Notes under the pieces: model-generated
Told to the model about the DNA's origin: nothing
Database searches by the model: none
Seen by the model: only the letters and a program-made list of their open reading frames with translations
Shown here: piece after piece, positions 30,009 through 40,861 of the stretch
Layout: the number at the start of each line of letters is the position of its first letter
Numbering within the stretch: position 1 is the stretch's first letter
Translations under genes and position numbers: made by a program
From: Gammaproteobacteria bacterium
GTDB taxonomy: Bacteria; Pseudomonadota; Gammaproteobacteria; Ga0077536
DNA length: 64,000 nucleotides
NCBI GenBank assembly: GCA_963662545.2
Contig: CAXXLL010000003.1
Span: 1,504,001 to 1,568,000 of the forward strand
Reading direction: 5' to 3'

Positions 30009-32318
30009 ATGATTGCACGTCTGTTCGACATGCTCGTCGAGCGCCCGCGACGCGTTATCGCTGTTGCCTCCCTGTTGGCTCTGGTCGGGCTCGTTCTCTT
30101 GGTCGAATGGCCGAGTCTCAACCTCGCGCTTGAAGTCGATCCTTCCGTGCGCGCCTTGTTGCCGCAGCAGGGTGTCGAACTAGAGATTTTTGAGGCTGTT
30201 CGCGATCGCTACTCGAGCGATGATCTCCTCCTTGTCGCATGGGTCGCTGATGACCTGTTCACGCCAACGCGACTCGCTGCGCTCAAGCGCCTGACGCGCC
30301 GGGTAGAACGCATGCCCGGCGTCGAGCATGTGGAAAGCCTTGCCACGGCGGTCCGTACGAAAGTGTATGAAGACTATACCGAGGTGGGCGCTTATCTGAG
30401 CGAGATTCCGGAGACCGCAGCCGAGGCGCTGGAGGTGCGCGACGCGGTGTTGGATAACCCGCTCTATGCAGGCTACCTCGTCTCGCGGGACGGCCACGGA
30501 GCGATGCTCGCCGTCCGCTTCGACCGCGAACTCTCGGCCAGGACGCTGATCGGTATCGTCGCCGACATCACGGCGGCCTCGCGCGAAGAAGCAAGCGAGG
30601 TAGAACAGTTCCTTTCCGGGCCCTTGTTCATTCGCCTCGAAATCAGCCGCTTGCTGCTACGCGATCTTTATCGCGTGATGCCGCTTGCCGTCGGCGTAAC
30701 GCTGATCGTAGTCGCTATCGGTTTTCGTCATGTGCGCGGTGTTGTGTTGCCATTTTTATCAAATGCAATCGCGCTTATTCTGACCTTGGCCTTATTCGTG
30801 GTATCCGGCCATACACTCAACTACGTCACAGTAATTCTGCCCCCGACCGTTTACGTAGTGGGCTTCGCCTACGCGATTCACGTGGTCAGTGATTTTGATC
30901 GGCACTTTGGGGCGGGCCTCGACCGTGCCGCCGCGACGCGTGCGGCTCTTGGCGATGTTGCGGTGCCCATAACACTTACCGCCATTACCACGGCGCTCGG
31001 CTTCGCTTCGCTTATGCTCAGCGATATCGATTCCATTCGTTTGTTCGGTGCGTATTCAAGTTTCGGCACGATATTGGCGTGGTTGGCCGCGCTCATCGTC
31101 GTCCCGGCAGGCCTGGTGCTCATGCCTGGGCGGCGTCGCGCGAACGCGGTTCGCCGCGCTGATCTTCTTGGCCCTTGGCTCGCGCACCTCGCCGAACGCC
31201 GTGGACGCGTATTCCTGACGTGCGGGCTGTTGTTGATCGGACTCTCTCTCATGGGCGCCACCCGAATAAATGTGAGTACGGATTACCTGGCGAATTTCCC
31301 GGCCGCGAGTGAATTGCGGCGCAATTTCGACCGCATGAGTACCGTATTCGCAGGCTCGGTACCGTTACAGATCGTGCTGGAGAGCGACACGATCGATGCT
31401 TTCAAAACGCCGCACGCGCTACGCGCCGTGGACCAGCTCAAGGACTGGCTGCTCGAGCAGCCGGAAATCGGTGGCGTGTACACCCTGCTCGACTATATCG
31501 GTGTTCTCGAGCGCGCCCTCGCACCAGAGTTGGTTGACGGCGACCCTGTGCCCGACTCGGCAGTTCTTGCCAACCACCTCCTCTTGCTCGGTGGCGGCGA
31601 GGACGTGCGACGCTTCGCTGATCCGGAGTTCACGAGCACGCTCCTGCAGGTGCGGGCCCGGGTCGTGGCAAGCGCGGATCTAAATGCGCTGGCTGACCGG
31701 ATCGAGAAGCGCTTGCGGGGGCTACCCCCTGACTTGCAGGGCTACGTCACCGGTAGCTCATACCTGATTGCGCGTACCCTCGACGAGGTCACCCGCGGCC
31801 AGGTTTTGAGCCTGAGCGCCGCGTTGGTGCCGATTTTCCTGGTGCTGGTCGCGATGTTTCGTTCACTCAGGCTCGCCGCCCTTGCGCTCATTCCCAACGT
31901 CCTGCCGATCGTGGCGTTCTTCGGCATCCTGGGCTGGAGCGGCATCACGCTCAACCTGACCACGAGCCTCGTCGCCTCCGTGGTGCTCGGCATAGCAGTC
32001 GACGACAGCATCCACTTTTTTGCGCGTCTGCGCCAAACCGCGCGGCACGCGGGCTCCGAGCACGAGGCCTTAGGGGCCGCGCTCGCCGCAGTCATCCGCC
32101 CGGTTAGCTTCACGACCGCGGGACTCGCGCTTGGATTTATCACACTGATCGTCGGTGAGCTGCGCAGCCAGGCCGAATTCGGATTGCTCGCCGCGATTAC
32201 GCTGGTCATCGCGTGGCTACTCGATCTCACCTTCACACCGGCGCTCGCGCGGCGCTACGGCTTAGCGCGGGTCACGGCAGCAGCCGATCGCAGGTTTACG
32301 CGTCACAAGCCGCGCTAG
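30009..32318 (+). CDS. MMPL-family RND transporter
   Basis: Two MMPL halves; TAITTALGFASL, LGIAVDDSIH. Confidence 0.9.
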   Translation: MIARLFDMLVERPRRVIAVASLLALVGLVLLVEWPSLNLALEVDPSVRALLPQQGVELEIFEAVRDRYSSDDLLLVAWVADDLFTPTRLAALKRLTRRVERMPGVEHVESLATAVRTKVYEDYTEVGAYLSEIPETAAEALEVRDAVLDNPLYAGYLVSRDGHGAMLAVRFDRELSARTLIGIVADITAASREEASEVEQFLSGPLFIRLEISRLLLRDLYRVMPLAVGVTLIVVAIGFRHVRGVVLPFLSNAIALILTLALFVVSGHTLNYVTVILPPTVYVVGFAYAIHVVSDFDRHFGAGLDRAAATRAALGDVAVPITLTAITTALGFASLMLSDIDSIRLFGAYSSFGTILAWLAALIVVPAGLVLMPGRRRANAVRRADLLGPWLAHLAERRGRVFLTCGLLLIGLSLMGATRINVSTDYLANFPAASELRRNFDRMSTVFAGSVPLQIVLESDTIDAFKTPHALRAVDQLKDWLLEQPEIGGVYTLLDYIGVLERALAPELVDGDPVPDSAVLANHLLLLGGGEDVRRFADPEFTSTLLQVRARVVASADLNALADRIEKRLRGLPPDLQGYVTGSSYLIARTLDEVTRGQVLSLSAALVPIFLVLVAMFRSLRLAALALIPNVLPIVAFFGILGWSGITLNLTTSLVASVVLGIAVDDSIHFFARLRQTARHAGSEHEALGAALAAVIRPVSFTTAGLALGFITLIVGELRSQAEFGLLAAITLVIAWLLDLTFTPALARRYGLARVTAAADRRFTRHKPR

Positions 32319-32560
32319 CCCGCATGCAGCCGAAATCTCCGCGCAGGAGCGCCTCTGGATCGTCCACGACAACGCCAAGGAACTGTTTCAGCTTGCCTGT
32401 CCATGAGCCTTGGGTTGGGGAGTCTCAGGGCTGGTTTGCATCGCATGTGCTTCCGAAATGCTGGACAATGCATAAGCCCTGAGTGGGCGCGTTAGCAGTC
32501 TGGTCACAAACCACCATTCGGAACTGCCGGCACCGTTAACCGGGTTATGGAGGCGCAGTA

Positions 32561-33973
32561 ATGAGAAACAAGAACCCTACAGCTCATCCGTACATGGCGA
32601 ATTCGGTCCCTGCAACAAAGCAGGCGATGATGACCGCCATCGGGGTCAAGGATATTGCCGAACTCTATGAACAGATTCCGGCAGACCACAGAATCAAACG
32701 AAAGCTCGAGCTGCCGGAACGCATTTTGTCTGAGAGTGATCTGAAGAGACATCTGGTCACGTTACTCTCAAAGAACAAAACCTGCGAAGAAAATCTGAGC
32801 TTCCTGGGCGGTGGTTGCTGGCAGCATTACGTTCCCGCCGTCTGCGATGAAATCGCCGGGCGCAGTGAATTTCTGACGCCGCTTTGGGGTTCACCATCGT
32901 CCGACCATGGCAGAAATCAAGCGTGGTTCGAATTCACCAGTCAGCTCGGTGAACTGGTCAGCATGGATGTCGTGGGACTCCCCTGTTACAGCTGGGGTTG
33001 CGCGGCGGGCTATGCCCTGCGAATGGCGTCTCGGATTACCGGAAGAAATGAGGTTCTACTACCCAGAACGATCAGCCCTGAAAGACTCGCGGTGATCAGG
33101 AACTATTGCGAGCCTCCGGAAATGGATAACCATATCGAGATTACCCTCGTTGACTTTGACGCCAAAACCGGCTTGCTCGACATCGAGGATTTAGCGCGAA
33201 AAGTATCGGCAAGAACGGCGGCCGTTTACTTTGAAAACCCGTCCTATTTGGGGTTCATCGAATCCCGGGGTTTGATGATCGCCGAGATCGCTCGTGCAAA
33301 CGGAGCAGAGACCATCATAGGAGTCGATGCCATTTCACTCGGTGTGCTCGCGGCGCCGGCCGATTACGGCGCCGACATCGTGGTCGGGACGACACAGCCG
33401 CTCGGCGTGCATATGAATTGCGGCGGTGGTTGCACCGGATTCATCGCAACCCGGGACGAAGTGAAATACGTAGGCGAGTACCCGACCCTTTTGATCAGCA
33501 TTACGAACACGCTGAAAGAAGGGGAATATGGATTTGGCGTCAGTTCGGAACACCAAACTTCCTACGGATTACGAGACAAAGGTAAGGACTGGACCGGCTG
33601 CACGGTCTATCTCTGGACCATCGTCAACGCGGTCTACATGTCCTTGCTCGGGCCGCAGGGCTTCCGGGAGATCGGCGAACTGATCATTCAGCGCGCGCAT
33701 TATGCGGCTAAATTGCTAGCCGACATCGAAGGCATTGAAGTGCGCTTTTCTTCGAACTGTTTCAAAGAATTCGTCGTCAACTTCGACGGCACGGGAAAAA
33801 CCGTAAATGAAATCAATCGCGCTCTGCAAGATCATCAGATCTTTGGAGGTAAGGATATCTCGGGCGAGTTTCCCGAATTGGGCAACAGCGCTTTGTATTG
33901 TGTCACGGAGATGCATACCCAAGGTGATATCGAACGCCTCGCGAGTGCCATGCAGGAGGTTTTAGGCCAATGA
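32561..33973 (+). CDS. gcvPA: Glycine-dehydrogenase-like subunit 1, divergent
   Basis: HPYMANS, FLGGGCWQHYVP, YFENPSYLG, APADYGADIVVG, YCVTE. The stop overlaps the next start (ATGA). Confidence 0.85.
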   Translation: MRNKNPTAHPYMANSVPATKQAMMTAIGVKDIAELYEQIPADHRIKRKLELPERILSESDLKRHLVTLLSKNKTCEENLSFLGGGCWQHYVPAVCDEIAGRSEFLTPLWGSPSSDHGRNQAWFEFTSQLGELVSMDVVGLPCYSWGCAAGYALRMASRITGRNEVLLPRTISPERLAVIRNYCEPPEMDNHIEITLVDFDAKTGLLDIEDLARKVSARTAAVYFENPSYLGFIESRGLMIAEIARANGAETIIGVDAISLGVLAAPADYGADIVVGTTQPLGVHMNCGGGCTGFIATRDEVKYVGEYPTLLISITNTLKEGEYGFGVSSEHQTSYGLRDKGKDWTGCTVYLWTIVNAVYMSLLGPQGFREIGELIIQRAHYAAKLLADIEGIEVRFSSNCFKEFVVNFDGTGKTVNEINRALQDHQIFGGKDISGEFPELGNSALYCVTEMHTQGDIERLASAMQEVLGQ

Positions 33974-35559
33974 CTACCGATGTAAACCTCAGAAACTATC
34001 ACGCCCCCGTGTGGGACGAGCCCATTATCCTGGAGATGGGTCGGCCGGGGGGACGGGGTGTTGTCTTCGCGGAAGCTGAAGACGACGTCAGGGAAACAGT
34101 TGGTGACGCCGAAGTCCATATTCCAATCGGGATGAGGCGCAAGAAAGCGCCGGCGCTACCGGAGCTTTCCGAGCCCGAGGTGCTCAGGCATTACCTGCAT
34201 CTGTCACAGCAAACATTAGGCATGATCGGAATCAGCCTCTTTGGAACCTGTACGATGAAATACAACCCGCGGGTTAACGAAATCGTCGGGAAGATGCCGC
34301 AGATGGCAGAAATTCATCCGTGCCAGCCGGAAGATACGCTGCAAGGCATCTTGGAGGTGATCCACCGTTTCGATCTCATCTTGCGAGAACTTTCCGGCAT
34401 GGATCAGTTTGTATTCCAAGCGGGAGGCGGCGCCGACGCGGCTTATATCCACACCTGCGTATTGAGGGCCTACCATGCGGCCAAGGGTGAACTACCGCAG
34501 CGCAACGAAATCATCAACACCGTATACACGCATCCCTGCAATCCCGCGACTGCCGCAACGGCTGGGTTCAAGGTCATAAACCTGATGCCGGAGGAGAACG
34601 GCTACCCGTCTCTCGACGCGCTGAAAGCGGCCGTGTCGGATCGAACCGCCGGACTGATGGTCAACAATCCCGACGACTTGGGTGTCTACAATCCGCATAT
34701 CAAGGATTGGGTAAAAGTCGTTCATGATGCCGGCGGTTTGTGTTTTTACGATCATGCTAATTTCAACGGCGTCATGGGCGTGATCAGAGCACGGGAGATC
34801 GGTTTTGACGCGTGCATGTTCATGCTGCACAAGACATTCGGCGCCCCCAAAGGCGGCATGGGTCCGGCCGCCGGTGCTTATGGATGTACCGAGGAACTCG
34901 CGAAGTTCCTACCCGCTCCGGTCGTAACATTCGACGATGAAAAATATCGGCTCGATTACGACCGGCCGCACAGTGTCGGAAACGTTCGCGAGTTCTGGGG
35001 AAACATACCGCTGGTCCTGAAGGCGTATTCGTGGGTAATGAGCATGGGCGCAGAAGGTATTTTGGAAGCCTGCCATCTATCGGTCTTGGCGAACAATTAC
35101 ATGGAAAAGTTGATCATGGAAATCCCGGGGGTGTCGAAACCCAATCCTGAAATGAAGAAAAGGCGTATGGAAATGACGCGCTACAGCTGGGAAAAACTGC
35201 AGAAAGATACGGGTGTTGGAACCCTGGATGTATTGAACAGGATGATTGACTTCGGACTTGACGCTTACTGGATGAGTCATGAACCCTGGCTCATTCCGGA
35301 ACCCTTCACACCGGAGGCAGGCGAGACTTATTCAAAAGAAGATCTGGAGTATTGGGTCGCGGTGCTCAAACATATTTCGAAGGAAGCGTATTCGGATCCG
35401 GAGATCGTAAAAACCGCACCGCATAATCAGGCGATCCACCAGGTCAATTTGGAGGCATTGGAAGACCCGGAGAAATGGGCCATGACCTGGCGATCCTTCG
35501 TCAAGAAACGGAAGAAACACAAGGATGCGTCTGGAGAATTGCAATCCCGGGTGGGTTAA
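33970..35559 (+). CDS. gcvPB: Glycine-dehydrogenase-like subunit 2, divergent
   Basis: LPELSEPEVLRHY, GTCTMKYNP, DHANFNG, PLP-lysine motif LHKTF, SVLANNY. Confidence 0.87.
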   Translation: MTTDVNLRNYHAPVWDEPIILEMGRPGGRGVVFAEAEDDVRETVGDAEVHIPIGMRRKKAPALPELSEPEVLRHYLHLSQQTLGMIGISLFGTCTMKYNPRVNEIVGKMPQMAEIHPCQPEDTLQGILEVIHRFDLILRELSGMDQFVFQAGGGADAAYIHTCVLRAYHAAKGELPQRNEIINTVYTHPCNPATAATAGFKVINLMPEENGYPSLDALKAAVSDRTAGLMVNNPDDLGVYNPHIKDWVKVVHDAGGLCFYDHANFNGVMGVIRAREIGFDACMFMLHKTFGAPKGGMGPAAGAYGCTEELAKFLPAPVVTFDDEKYRLDYDRPHSVGNVREFWGNIPLVLKAYSWVMSMGAEGILEACHLSVLANNYMEKLIMEIPGVSKPNPEMKKRRMEMTRYSWEKLQKDTGVGTLDVLNRMIDFGLDAYWMSHEPWLIPEPFTPEAGETYSKEDLEYWVAVLKHISKEAYSDPEIVKTAPHNQAIHQVNLEALEDPEKWAMTWRSFVKKRKKHKDASGELQSRVG

Positions 35560-35747
35560 GGAAAACGGGGCGCACTAAGCAACATTTAGCCGTTACTGAA
35601 TAGTTCGTCATCTCATGCCACCACGACTACTGAGAGAGGGCCATTGTTCCGACGGGCACGGAGATCGTTCCACTTAAAGCGCACCGTTCCTGTTGTCAGC
35701 GTCGAATGCTCGTCCGCGACCGTGCCTGACAGTCGCTCCATTATTTC

Positions 35748-36899
35748 ATGCGAACAAAAGGGACCCTAGGATTGAAAAGAAAACGGCTGGGCGTGATCGT
35801 CAACCCCATTGCCGGCATGGGCGGCAAGGTTGGCCTCAAGGGAACTGATAGTTTCGCAATACTCGAAGAAGCTCGAAAGCGGGGCGCCACCCCAGTCTCA
35901 CCCGGACGGGCGGTTAAGGCGCTCAAGCGGATCGCCGCCCTCAGAGAAACCGTGGAGATCATAACTTATCCCCACGAAATGGGAGAGGACGAAGCCAATG
36001 AGTGCGGTTTCCAGCCGACGGTTCTAGGTTCGGTAAAACCCGGGAAAGCCCGCGCTCAAGATACCCGCAATGCGGCAAAGGAACTGTTGCGTTCTAAAGT
36101 CGATCTCCTGCTGTTTGCCGGCGGCGACGGTACCGCACGAGATATTTACGATGCCGTCAGAGACAAGATTCCAATATTGGGGATACCAACCGGGGTAAAG
36201 ATGCACTCGGCCGTGTATGGAACAACGCCTGAAAATGCCGGCAATCTGGCCGCGCTGTATCTTGGGAAAGATTTCGCAAAGTTCCGCCTTCACGACGTTG
36301 AGGTAATGGACATTGACGAAGACGCTGTCAGGCAAAACCGGCTTTCCGCCATGCTCTATGGATACGTCAAAGTTCCCTATCAGAGATCTTTAATCCAAAG
36401 CGCTAAAGCCGGTATGCCCATTGGCGGGGAGGCTGCACTGGACGGTGCTTGTTGGGATGTCATCAATAATCTCGAGGAGGATTGCCTCTACATAGTCGGG
36501 CCGGGAACGACGACGAAAAGACTGATGGAAAGACTCGGATTAAAGGGGACTTTGCTGGGCGTGGACGCGATACGTGACCGCATACTCATCGGTTCGGATC
36601 TGAACGAAAACCAATTGTTGCAGCTCATGGAAGGCAAGAGAACGAAAATTATCGTCACTGTAATCGGCGGGCACGGGTGTCTGTTCGGGCGAGGCAATCA
36701 ACAGATAAGCCCCGATGTGATCAAGCACGCTGGTAGGCAAAATATCATCATCGTATCCACGATGGAAAAAATTTGTTTGCTTCAAACCAGGTCGCTATTT
36801 GTTGATACGGGCGACGATGAAACCGATGAAATGCTGCGTGGATACATAAGCGTGATAACGGGTTTGAAACAAAGCACTATGCTCAGGATCGCATCTTGA
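35748..36899 (+). CDS. ATP-NAD kinase / AcoX-family protein
   Basis: IVNPIAGMGGKVGLKGTD, GGDGTARD, GVKMHS, FGRGNQQ. Confidence 0.88.
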   Translation: MRTKGTLGLKRKRLGVIVNPIAGMGGKVGLKGTDSFAILEEARKRGATPVSPGRAVKALKRIAALRETVEIITYPHEMGEDEANECGFQPTVLGSVKPGKARAQDTRNAAKELLRSKVDLLLFAGGDGTARDIYDAVRDKIPILGIPTGVKMHSAVYGTTPENAGNLAALYLGKDFAKFRLHDVEVMDIDEDAVRQNRLSAMLYGYVKVPYQRSLIQSAKAGMPIGGEAALDGACWDVINNLEEDCLYIVGPGTTTKRLMERLGLKGTLLGVDAIRDRILIGSDLNENQLLQLMEGKRTKIIVTVIGGHGCLFGRGNQQISPDVIKHAGRQNIIIVSTMEKICLLQTRSLFVDTGDDETDEMLRGYISVITGLKQSTMLRIAS

Positions 36900-37119
36900 G
36901 AATTGGCCCACCGTTCTTGCGCACTGGCTGGGATGACGCACGCCCGACCTCGACGACCGCCGCGCGTGTCGGCCTCGCCGGCGATCTGTAGAGTATGATC
37001 ACGCGGTGGGTGGCCGCGCGCTGTAGACGACCACCTAGAGCATTCTGACTCCGAGTCTTATAGATAAATTGATCCGCGCGCGGACTTGCGGCGCGGCGGA
37101 ATTAGAGGGAGATGCGATC

Positions 37120-37632
37120 ATGTTAGATCAAACCGGTGCTGGAACATTTTCAATTTTATTCACCCTTGCGGTCGCAGCGGGGTTCGCGACAGTTGCCCTG
37201 GCGCATGGCGATGAAGCGTCAGAGCAGGCTGTCAGCACTTCCGGCGAGAATTACGATCCGGTAAGCCGCGGCACGCGGAAACTCGCACTCGGCGAGGTAA
37301 CGATTCGAATGCTGATCGACGAATCAAACATCGGCCGCAGTGATATCGAGATCGGTGAACTGATCCTCCCGGCGGACAGCCCGGATTCGGTGTCGCACGC
37401 CCATGGCAGTCTCGAGATTTTCTACGTTGTGGAGGGGATCCTCGGGCATGAAGTGAACGGCAAACCTTTCACCTTGCATCCGGGCGAGGCCGGTTATTTG
37501 AAGCCGGGCGATAAAGTCGTCCATCGCGTCCTCTCGGAGGGCCCCGTCAAGGCCTTGGTCATCTGGGTGCCGGGCGGTGAAGCTGATGCGATGGTCGAAC
37601 ACGCGGGTTTCGTCGAAGTGCCACTTCATTAG
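37120..37632 (+). CDS. Exported cupin-domain protein
   Basis: Signal-like N-terminus (VALA-HG), SHAHGSLEIFYVVEG, PGDKVVH. Confidence 0.8.
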   Translation: MLDQTGAGTFSILFTLAVAAGFATVALAHGDEASEQAVSTSGENYDPVSRGTRKLALGEVTIRMLIDESNIGRSDIEIGELILPADSPDSVSHAHGSLEIFYVVEGILGHEVNGKPFTLHPGEAGYLKPGDKVVHRVLSEGPVKALVIWVPGGEADAMVEHAGFVEVPLH

Positions 37633-37734
37633 AGCGGTGCCATCGCTGCCTTACTGACTCCGCAGACGGGCACGGATAACGACAGAAAAAGAAGTGTGAC
37701 GACGACGGACTACGACCAATCCGAATTCTGTCGT

Positions 37735-38886
37735 TCAAAAGCAGGACATCATCGCACTCATCAGAGTCTTCGAGAGCGGCCCTTCGTCGAGTGCGTGAGC
37801 CATGCGGTTTTCGACGCACGCAAACCCCAGTCGGCGCGACGGCACCCCGACCCCGACATAGCCGCCGGCGCCGAGTCCGGCGAAGGTATCGGGCGTACCG
37901 GTAAACTCGAGCGCACCGCCCGACAGCAGAAAGCCGAGCCCGTGACGCACCGGAACGCCGAGCACCGCGTCCTCTTCGTTCCATATTTCCGTCGTCGCTT
38001 CGGTGAGGATGGCCTCACTCAAGATGCGCTCCCCGTCAAACTCACCGCCGCAGGCGAGTACCCCGTAGACACGGGCCAGCCCGCGCGGATTGCCGAAACC
38101 GACATTCGGTGTGCCCCAGGTGCGGCCCTCTGACGAGTTAACGAAACCCGCCAGGTCCGCACCCTCCGGAAGCGCCTTCCAGGCGCGGCCGATCGGATTG
38201 TCGGTGTCTTTTAGTAGCGCCAGGAAGGGATGATCGGGATCGCAGATGGTATCCGCGCAGCGCGCCTGCTCCGCCTCGTTCAACGCGATTTGGAAATCGA
38301 CGCCCAGCGGTTCCGCGAATTCCTCGCGCCAATATTCGGCGATGGCGCGGCCCGTGACACGATAGACCAACTCGCGGTTGAGAATCCCGATGGTGAACGT
38401 GTGGTAGGCAGGCTGTGTGCCGGGTGGCCATTGCGGTGATTGACATTCGACGGCAGCGCGCAGGGCGGCGTAGTCGGATATGCTGCCGCGCCCTAGTGCA
38501 TCCAGAAACACGAGCCCCGACGTGTGTGATCACACCTGGCGTACCGTGATCTTGTCCTTTCCGGCTTGACCGAACTCCGGCCAGTACTCCGCTAGGGGCG
38601 TGTCCAGCCCGATCTTGCCTTCGTCGACGAGTTTCAAAACGCACAGGCAACCCATCGCCTTGCCCGTGCTCATCATGCACGCGAGGGTGTCTTCTTTCCA
38701 CGCATCCGTACGGCCCGCGTCACGGTAGCCGGCCCAAAGATCGACGGCCAATTTTCCGTCCACGTAAGCAGCCGCGGTGGCGCCGACTTCGAAGCCTTCG
38801 TCGACATGCGCTTGAAATGCCTTTCGGACAGCAGCGAAACGGGCGTCACAACTCCCATGAACGGTAACGGCGGTGCACCTTGTCAT
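37735..38886 (-). pseudogene. Beta-lactamase-family serine hydrolase with in-frame TGA
   Basis: The two ORF-track pieces are in one frame: ITVRQV*SHTSGL (TGA at 38530-38532). SxxK motif STGK and PAYH present. Confidence 0.85.
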
Positions 38887-39059
38887 CAATATCCCCTTGC
38901 GTTGGATTGCAGCGCTTAACAAATGATATCCGCGGGCACTTGTACCAGTCCTCGGCTACAGCGAGTGAAAGATCGAGACCCTGATCGACGACGCAGTGAT
39001 CTAAAGCACCAGTGAGATAGGCCGGCTGGGGCCAATCCCAGCCACCTCGGCCGGCCCGC

Positions 39060-39731
39060 TTATCCGATGTGTTCTGCAAAGAAGGACAAGGTCCTTTCCT
39101 TCGCCGTCGCCGTGGCCGCGGCGTCGTAGCTCTCTCGATGATTGCAATTGAATCCATGACCGGCGTCGTAGAGGAACACCTGGACCTCGGGCTGCGCTTT
39201 GCGGACTTTCTCCACATCGCTCATGGGTATGTGCGCGTCCTTTTCCCCGAAGTGCATCATCACCGGGCATTGGGCGCTACGCTCGGCCTCGCCCGCGATG
39301 CCGCCACCGTAATAGGCTGAAGCGGCAGAAACACCATTCAATTCACAGGCCGAAAGCCAGGTCAACAAGCCGCCGAAACAATAGCCGACAACGCCGACCT
39401 TGCCGTGTTCGGACGCCGCGTCGACGGCCGCCTGAAGATCCTTCAAGGTCTCTTCCATGTTGAGATCCTCGAAGGCGAGTTTCAGGCCCTTGTCGAACTC
39501 AGTCTGATCCTCGTACCCGAGTTCGACGTTACGCTCGACCCGGTCGAAGATCTGGGGCGCAATCGCCGCGTATCCTTCCGCAGCGTAAAGGTCGATGACT
39601 TCGCGTATGTGCGAGTTGACCCCGAATATTTCCTGGATGACGACTACACCCGCCTTGGGTTTGCCCTCCGGCAAGGCTTCGTAGGCGCCGAGCGTGAAGC
39701 CGTCGGACGATTTGAGTTGTCGCTGTTTCAT
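39060..39731 (-). CDS. Dienelactone hydrolase family protein
   Basis: QEIFGVN, GYCFGG, HFGEKD, AGHGFNC. Confidence 0.93.
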   Translation of the reverse strand: MKQRQLKSSDGFTLGAYEALPEGKPKAGVVVIQEIFGVNSHIREVIDLYAAEGYAAIAPQIFDRVERNVELGYEDQTEFDKGLKLAFEDLNMEETLKDLQAAVDAASEHGKVGVVGYCFGGLLTWLSACELNGVSAASAYYGGGIAGEAERSAQCPVMMHFGEKDAHIPMSDVEKVRKAQPEVQVFLYDAGHGFNCNHRESYDAAATATAKERTLSFFAEHIG

Positions 39732-39873
39732 AGTCGTTCTCCTGGAATGGCAGCCGAATAGGATACTTCAGTTCTGTTGGCTTACCTGCTTTTTTGAGGG
39801 TGTCCGTGACCACTCACTTAAACTATGCTAGGGCCGTTGTCATAGAAGAACCATCTATGCGGAGGGATCTCTC

Positions 39874-40272
39874 ATGAGCGCAAGTGCAATCTGTTTAATG
39901 GGCCTGATCGGCTGGACCATCGTGCTCACATTCATCCTGTTGGGCGCGCGCGGCGCGGCCATGATGAAGGGGCACGCCATTGCGCCCTTCGATCAGGACG
40001 GCGGCGATCTCGCCGGCTTCGGCACCCGGGTAACACGGGCACACGGTAACAGCCTAGAATGGCTGACGATTCCCGCGGCCATCCTCGTTTACGCGATAGC
40101 AACCGGTCAGGGCGAAATCACGGACGGCCTGGCAATGTGGGTGCTCTACGCTCGCTTGATCCAATCCATCGTACACATGATTTCGATGGGCACGCCGTTC
40201 ATCGCGGTCAGGGGAACGATGTTAACGGTGCAGATCGTCATCTGGATCATCTGGATGGTTAAGCTGGCCTGA
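39874..40272 (+). CDS. MAPEG family membrane protein
   Basis: RVTRAHGNSLE, YARLIQSIVH, hydrophobic helices. Confidence 0.85.
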   Translation: MSASAICLMGLIGWTIVLTFILLGARGAAMMKGHAIAPFDQDGGDLAGFGTRVTRAHGNSLEWLTIPAAILVYAIATGQGEITDGLAMWVLYARLIQSIVHMISMGTPFIAVRGTMLTVQIVIWIIWMVKLA

Positions 40273-40443
40273 GATCCGGTCCGGGTAATCTTCGCCTAAC
40301 GAGAATGATTACTCCGACAGACTCTTAGTTTCGCGGAAGCGGGCGTTTCGCTACCCGCTCCGAGTCGACAACACGATACCCTCCCGCGGTTTCGCGACGC
40401 GACGCGACGCGCTGCGAGAGAGGGAAAATGGAGATTGATAAAA

Positions 40444-40842
40444 ATGAGCCCTGAAGAACGCAAGACGGTTATCGCCGGGGTATTCGAGGCCTTCGCCAAC
40501 GGTGATGGCGAGCCCTTGATGAACATGATCGACGATGACATTAAGTGGACGATTATCGGCAACACGAAGTTCTCGGCGACCTACCTCGGCAAGGAGGATC
40601 TCGGTAAGCGCCTTCTCGGCCCGCTCAGCGGACTCATCGAGGGTCATTTGCACATCACGCTGGACAACATGATTGCAGAGGACGATTTCGTAGTGGCGCA
40701 GGGCCGCGGCGAATCCAATACGGTCGCCGGCGGCACCTATAACAACACCTACCGCTGGGTCTACCGCTGGTCCGGCGACAAGGTCGTCGAGATCACGGAG
40801 TATCTCGACACGGAAGTACTCACCGCTTCGTTCGGTCGCTAG
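40444..40842 (+). CDS. SnoaL/NTF2-like protein
   Basis: DDDIKWTIIG, IAEDDFVV, YNNTYRWV, EITEYLDT. Confidence 0.85.
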   Translation: MSPEERKTVIAGVFEAFANGDGEPLMNMIDDDIKWTIIGNTKFSATYLGKEDLGKRLLGPLSGLIEGHLHITLDNMIAEDDFVVAQGRGESNTVAGGTYNNTYRWVYRWSGDKVVEITEYLDTEVLTASFGR

Positions 40843-40861
40843 ACCGCAGACTACGGTCGGG

